A stretch of DNA of 64,000 bases from positions 1 to 64,000 of the forward strand of contig CATNEN010000015.1 of the NCBI GenBank assembly GCA_950097015.1, written 5' to 3'. The notes under the pieces are model-generated. The model made no database searches. It was given only the letters and a program-made list of their open reading frames with translations, and was not told where the DNA came from. A program made the translations under genes and the position numbers. The DNA is from Macrostomum hystrix. Lineage: Eukaryota > Animalia > Platyhelminthes. How positions within the stretch are numbered: position 1 is the first letter of the stretch; each line of letters starts with the position of its first letter. Positions 61,421 to 64,000 of the stretch are shown in pieces.

Positions 61421-62089
61421 TCAGCTGTGACGCTGCCGTTTCTCTGGCGACTCCTGCGGCTGCAGCTCCTGGCCGAGTGGGCGCCTCTTTAGGCCAGACG
61501 AGCTGGCGACGCCGGCAACATCAGCGGGCTTGCGACCAGGCCGCGACTCCGACTGTTGCTGCTGGTCGGCCGCCCGAAGCAGGCTCTCCATGTGTTGGAT
61601 GTAGCGAATGGCCGTCTTCAGTATCTCCACCTTGCTGATGCGCTTGTCTTTGTTCTCGAAGGGCAACGTCTCCTTGAGCCGCTCGTAGCCCTCGTTGACA
61701 AAGCGCACCCGCTCGCGCTCACGCTCGTTGCGCCGGCGGATGAAGGAGCTCTCGCAGCCGAAGTGGTACTCGCCGAACGGGTGCGGCAGCGGGATTCGGC
61801 TCTGCGGGTCGAACGGGTTCCGGCTGACCGTAGCGGCGGGCCGCTGCTGCTGCTGCTGGTGCTGGTGCGGGTACTGGTGCATCTGCTGCCGGTGCTGATG
61901 ACGTGGTTCTAGAAGAGCCGCAGCCGCAGCTGCCGCCGCCACGGAGGCCGTCGATTCGCCGCCGCCACCGCTGCCGCAGCGACTGCCGGTGAGGTCCCAG
62001 GCTGCGTGGTGGCCGCCTGCGGCTGGGTAGAACAGCGCCGAGTACGGATGCTGCGGCTGGCGCGCCTCGGCAGGCGATCCCGCGGACAT
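61421..62089 (-). CDS. Achaete-scute bHLH factor, ASCL3/4/5 (ASCb)-like
   Basis: PFGEYHFGCESSFIRRRNERERERVRFVNEGYERLKETLP...KRISKVEILKTAIRYIQHMESLL. First ATG at 62089; the upstream open frame probably lies partly in an intron (~62106-62287), so the N-terminus is uncertain. Confidence 0.88.
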   Translation of the reverse strand: MSAGSPAEARQPQHPYSALFYPAAGGHHAAWDLTGSRCGSGGGGESTASVAAAAAAAALLEPRHQHRQQMHQYPHQHQQQQQRPAATVSRNPFDPQSRIPLPHPFGEYHFGCESSFIRRRNERERERVRFVNEGYERLKETLPFENKDKRISKVEILKTAIRYIQHMESLLRAADQQQQSESRPGRKPADVAGVASSSGLKRRPLGQELQPQESPEKRQRHS

Positions 62090-62749
62090 GTGGATTCCGG
62101 CTGGCCTGAGTGGCAATGGGAATTGGTGAGGGGATAAATTTTGCCTGCAGCGGAAATGTTCTCCTTTAAAGTTGCGGTTTGTGCCCAGGTCGGCTGTGAG
62201 GATCTCTGGGATCAGGTGCTCAGGGGATAAGGAGGGGAACACGGGTTTGCTCTCAGGGTGTCGCGTGTCACAAGCAGCGAGGCTCACCTTTTGTTTCTGT
62301 AACCGCAGTGCAGGGCTCTCCGGTGGGTCTGCGGCAAGTTGGCGGCTTGTTTAGCCCGAGGGTGCTGAGATACCGGATGGATTTCGCAGTCGGTGCCGCG
62401 TGTCAATCTGCAGTCAGTCAGTTGCGCACTCGTCTCTGCCTGTCTCTCCTCCTTGCTGCAAAATCTGTTTCCTTTTATTCTTCAAGCGGAGCGGCAGAGC
62501 CGGTGCTGGAGCTGCCGGGCCAATGGCGGCCAGGCCGTGGGGCTGCGGCTCGGGCCTCAGCCAATGGGGAAGCGCGCTGGGCTCTGCGCGGCCACGTGGC
62601 TGACGGGACAGCGGACGGCAGAGGCGCACAGGGAAGACCGCTGAAGAACTGTTCGGGCAAGACAAAGATTTGGAACAATTGCAACAGAGACAGAGGGAGA
62701 ATAATGCCACGAGGAAGATGAGAATGGAAAAGTTTTAATAAGATAAGGT

Positions 62750-62900
62750 GGAAGGAGAGGAAAGGGGAGATTGAGAGAGGAAAGGGAAGATTGAGAGAGG
62801 AAAGGTAAGATGGAGAGAGGAAAGGTAAGATGGAGAGAGGAAAGGTAAGAATCCGTAAGATGGAGAGAAAAAGGTAAGATGGCGAGAGGAAAGGGAAGGA
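62750..62900. repeat. Short 20-bp purine-rich tandem repeat
   Basis: GAGAGAGGAAAGGTAAGATG-like units, ~5-6 copies. Confidence 0.8.
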
Positions 62901-63705
62901 GAGATGGGGAAAGGTGGCGGAAGATGGTGGTCGCTGTGTTTAAATGTGTTTTTTGGATGAGAGATGAGAGATGAGAGATAGAATATCAGAACGTACGAGT
63001 AACTGGGTGTGAGGCAGTGTTTGGGTCTCATTTATGTCTCCCAAAGTTTTGCAGCCTCTGGTCTTCTGTCTCTCCTTCTCGCAGTTGCCAGCCTGTGGTT
63101 GGTGGGGTGGTTGTTGACGGTGATCAAGTATTAATGAGGATCGCAGGTCTTTGTGCGATCGGTGCCAAGGCATGCAGGGTAACGGAAAGGCGCGATTCGC
63201 AGAGCTTCCGTGTGTGCTCAGTGGAGCTGTTGCCAGTTTTATTGCCTTTCACTAATACGCATGCAGAGCAGGTGTCAGTCTGAGCAGGGGAAGTTGCGCA
63301 ATGTTGAGTTTTTGTCAGGGAATCATGCAGACTGTTCCCAAAGTTGCACCGCCATAATTCACTGCTCGCCAACTTGGGCCGCCTGTCTGTCATGCTAGTT
63401 TTTTATCACTCAGTGCGGCCTGTCTGTCATGCCAATGGGACCAAATGAGAGGAAAATAGGACTGGGCAATAAATTGACTCATAAATGAGGCCTTCAAGAA
63501 CCGTGAGCTGTTAACGGCACCGAAATTCAGAAAAAAACTAATCTAGGCATTCAATTTGGGAGTGAAGTTGAAAATTTACCACTGCTCACCAGTGAAACAG
63601 ACAGCTCATGAGCTCTGCTACTCTGATGATATGGGAGGCATTCCAAGGCAGTTAAATACTTTCGGCTCATCACATCCCATGCTATTAGGACTCAGATACG
63701 AGTAG

Positions 63706-64000
63706 ACAGCGGTGGACTCAGGCAGTGAGCAGGCGTGAGACTCAGGCACTGAGGCAGACATGAGACTGAGGCAGGCGTGAGACTGTGGCAGGCGTGAGAC
63801 AGGCAGACATGAGACTGAGGCAGGCGTGAGAGACTCAGGCAGACGTGAGACTGAGGCAGGCGTGAGACTAAGGCAGACATGAGACTGAGGCAGACATGAG
63901 ACTGTGGCAGACATGAGACTGAGGCAGGCGTGAGACTGTGGCAGACGTGAGACTGAGGCAGACATGAGACTGAGGCAGGCGTGAGAGACTCAGGCAGACG
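63706..64000. repeat. ~17-bp minisatellite running off the window
   Basis: GAGACTG(A/T)GGCAG(A/G)C(A/G)T units. Confidence 0.88.

Noticed and set aside
62090-62287. 66-aa N-terminal extension of the ASCL ORF from the track (non-ATG start)
   Set aside because: The segment is bounded by a donor (AAAAG|GTGAG) and an acceptor (CTCAG|G) and is probably intronic.

Overview
Eukaryotic DNA, probably a flatworm: the spliced leader matches what I recall as the Macrostomum lignano SL (needs a BLAST check). Bases 1-33166 are the edge of a tandem rDNA array, about 2.85 units of ~11,645 bp, all on the minus strand (28S-ITS2-5.8S-ITS1-18S-ETS-IGS in + coordinates). Each IGS also carries a spliced-leader (SL) RNA gene and a U1 snRNA gene, both co-oriented with the rRNA. 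The IGS further holds three short repeats that copy the 28S H69-H71 (R2/I-PpoI target) flanks without the 15-nt core, plus a degenerate telomere-like tract. The array stops abruptly at 33166, between SL and U1. It is followed by a 7-exon EPT1/SELENOI-like gene (36044-53432) whose introns contain a Penelope-like element with a minimal hammerhead, a MITE, an orphan histone stem-loop, nested BEL/Gypsy remnants and minisatellites. Next come a 2-exon TM9SF1 gene in an operon-like position and a convergent ASCL3/4/5-type bHLH gene. Coordinates were counted by hand and RNA ends are approximate. No database search or alignment was run.
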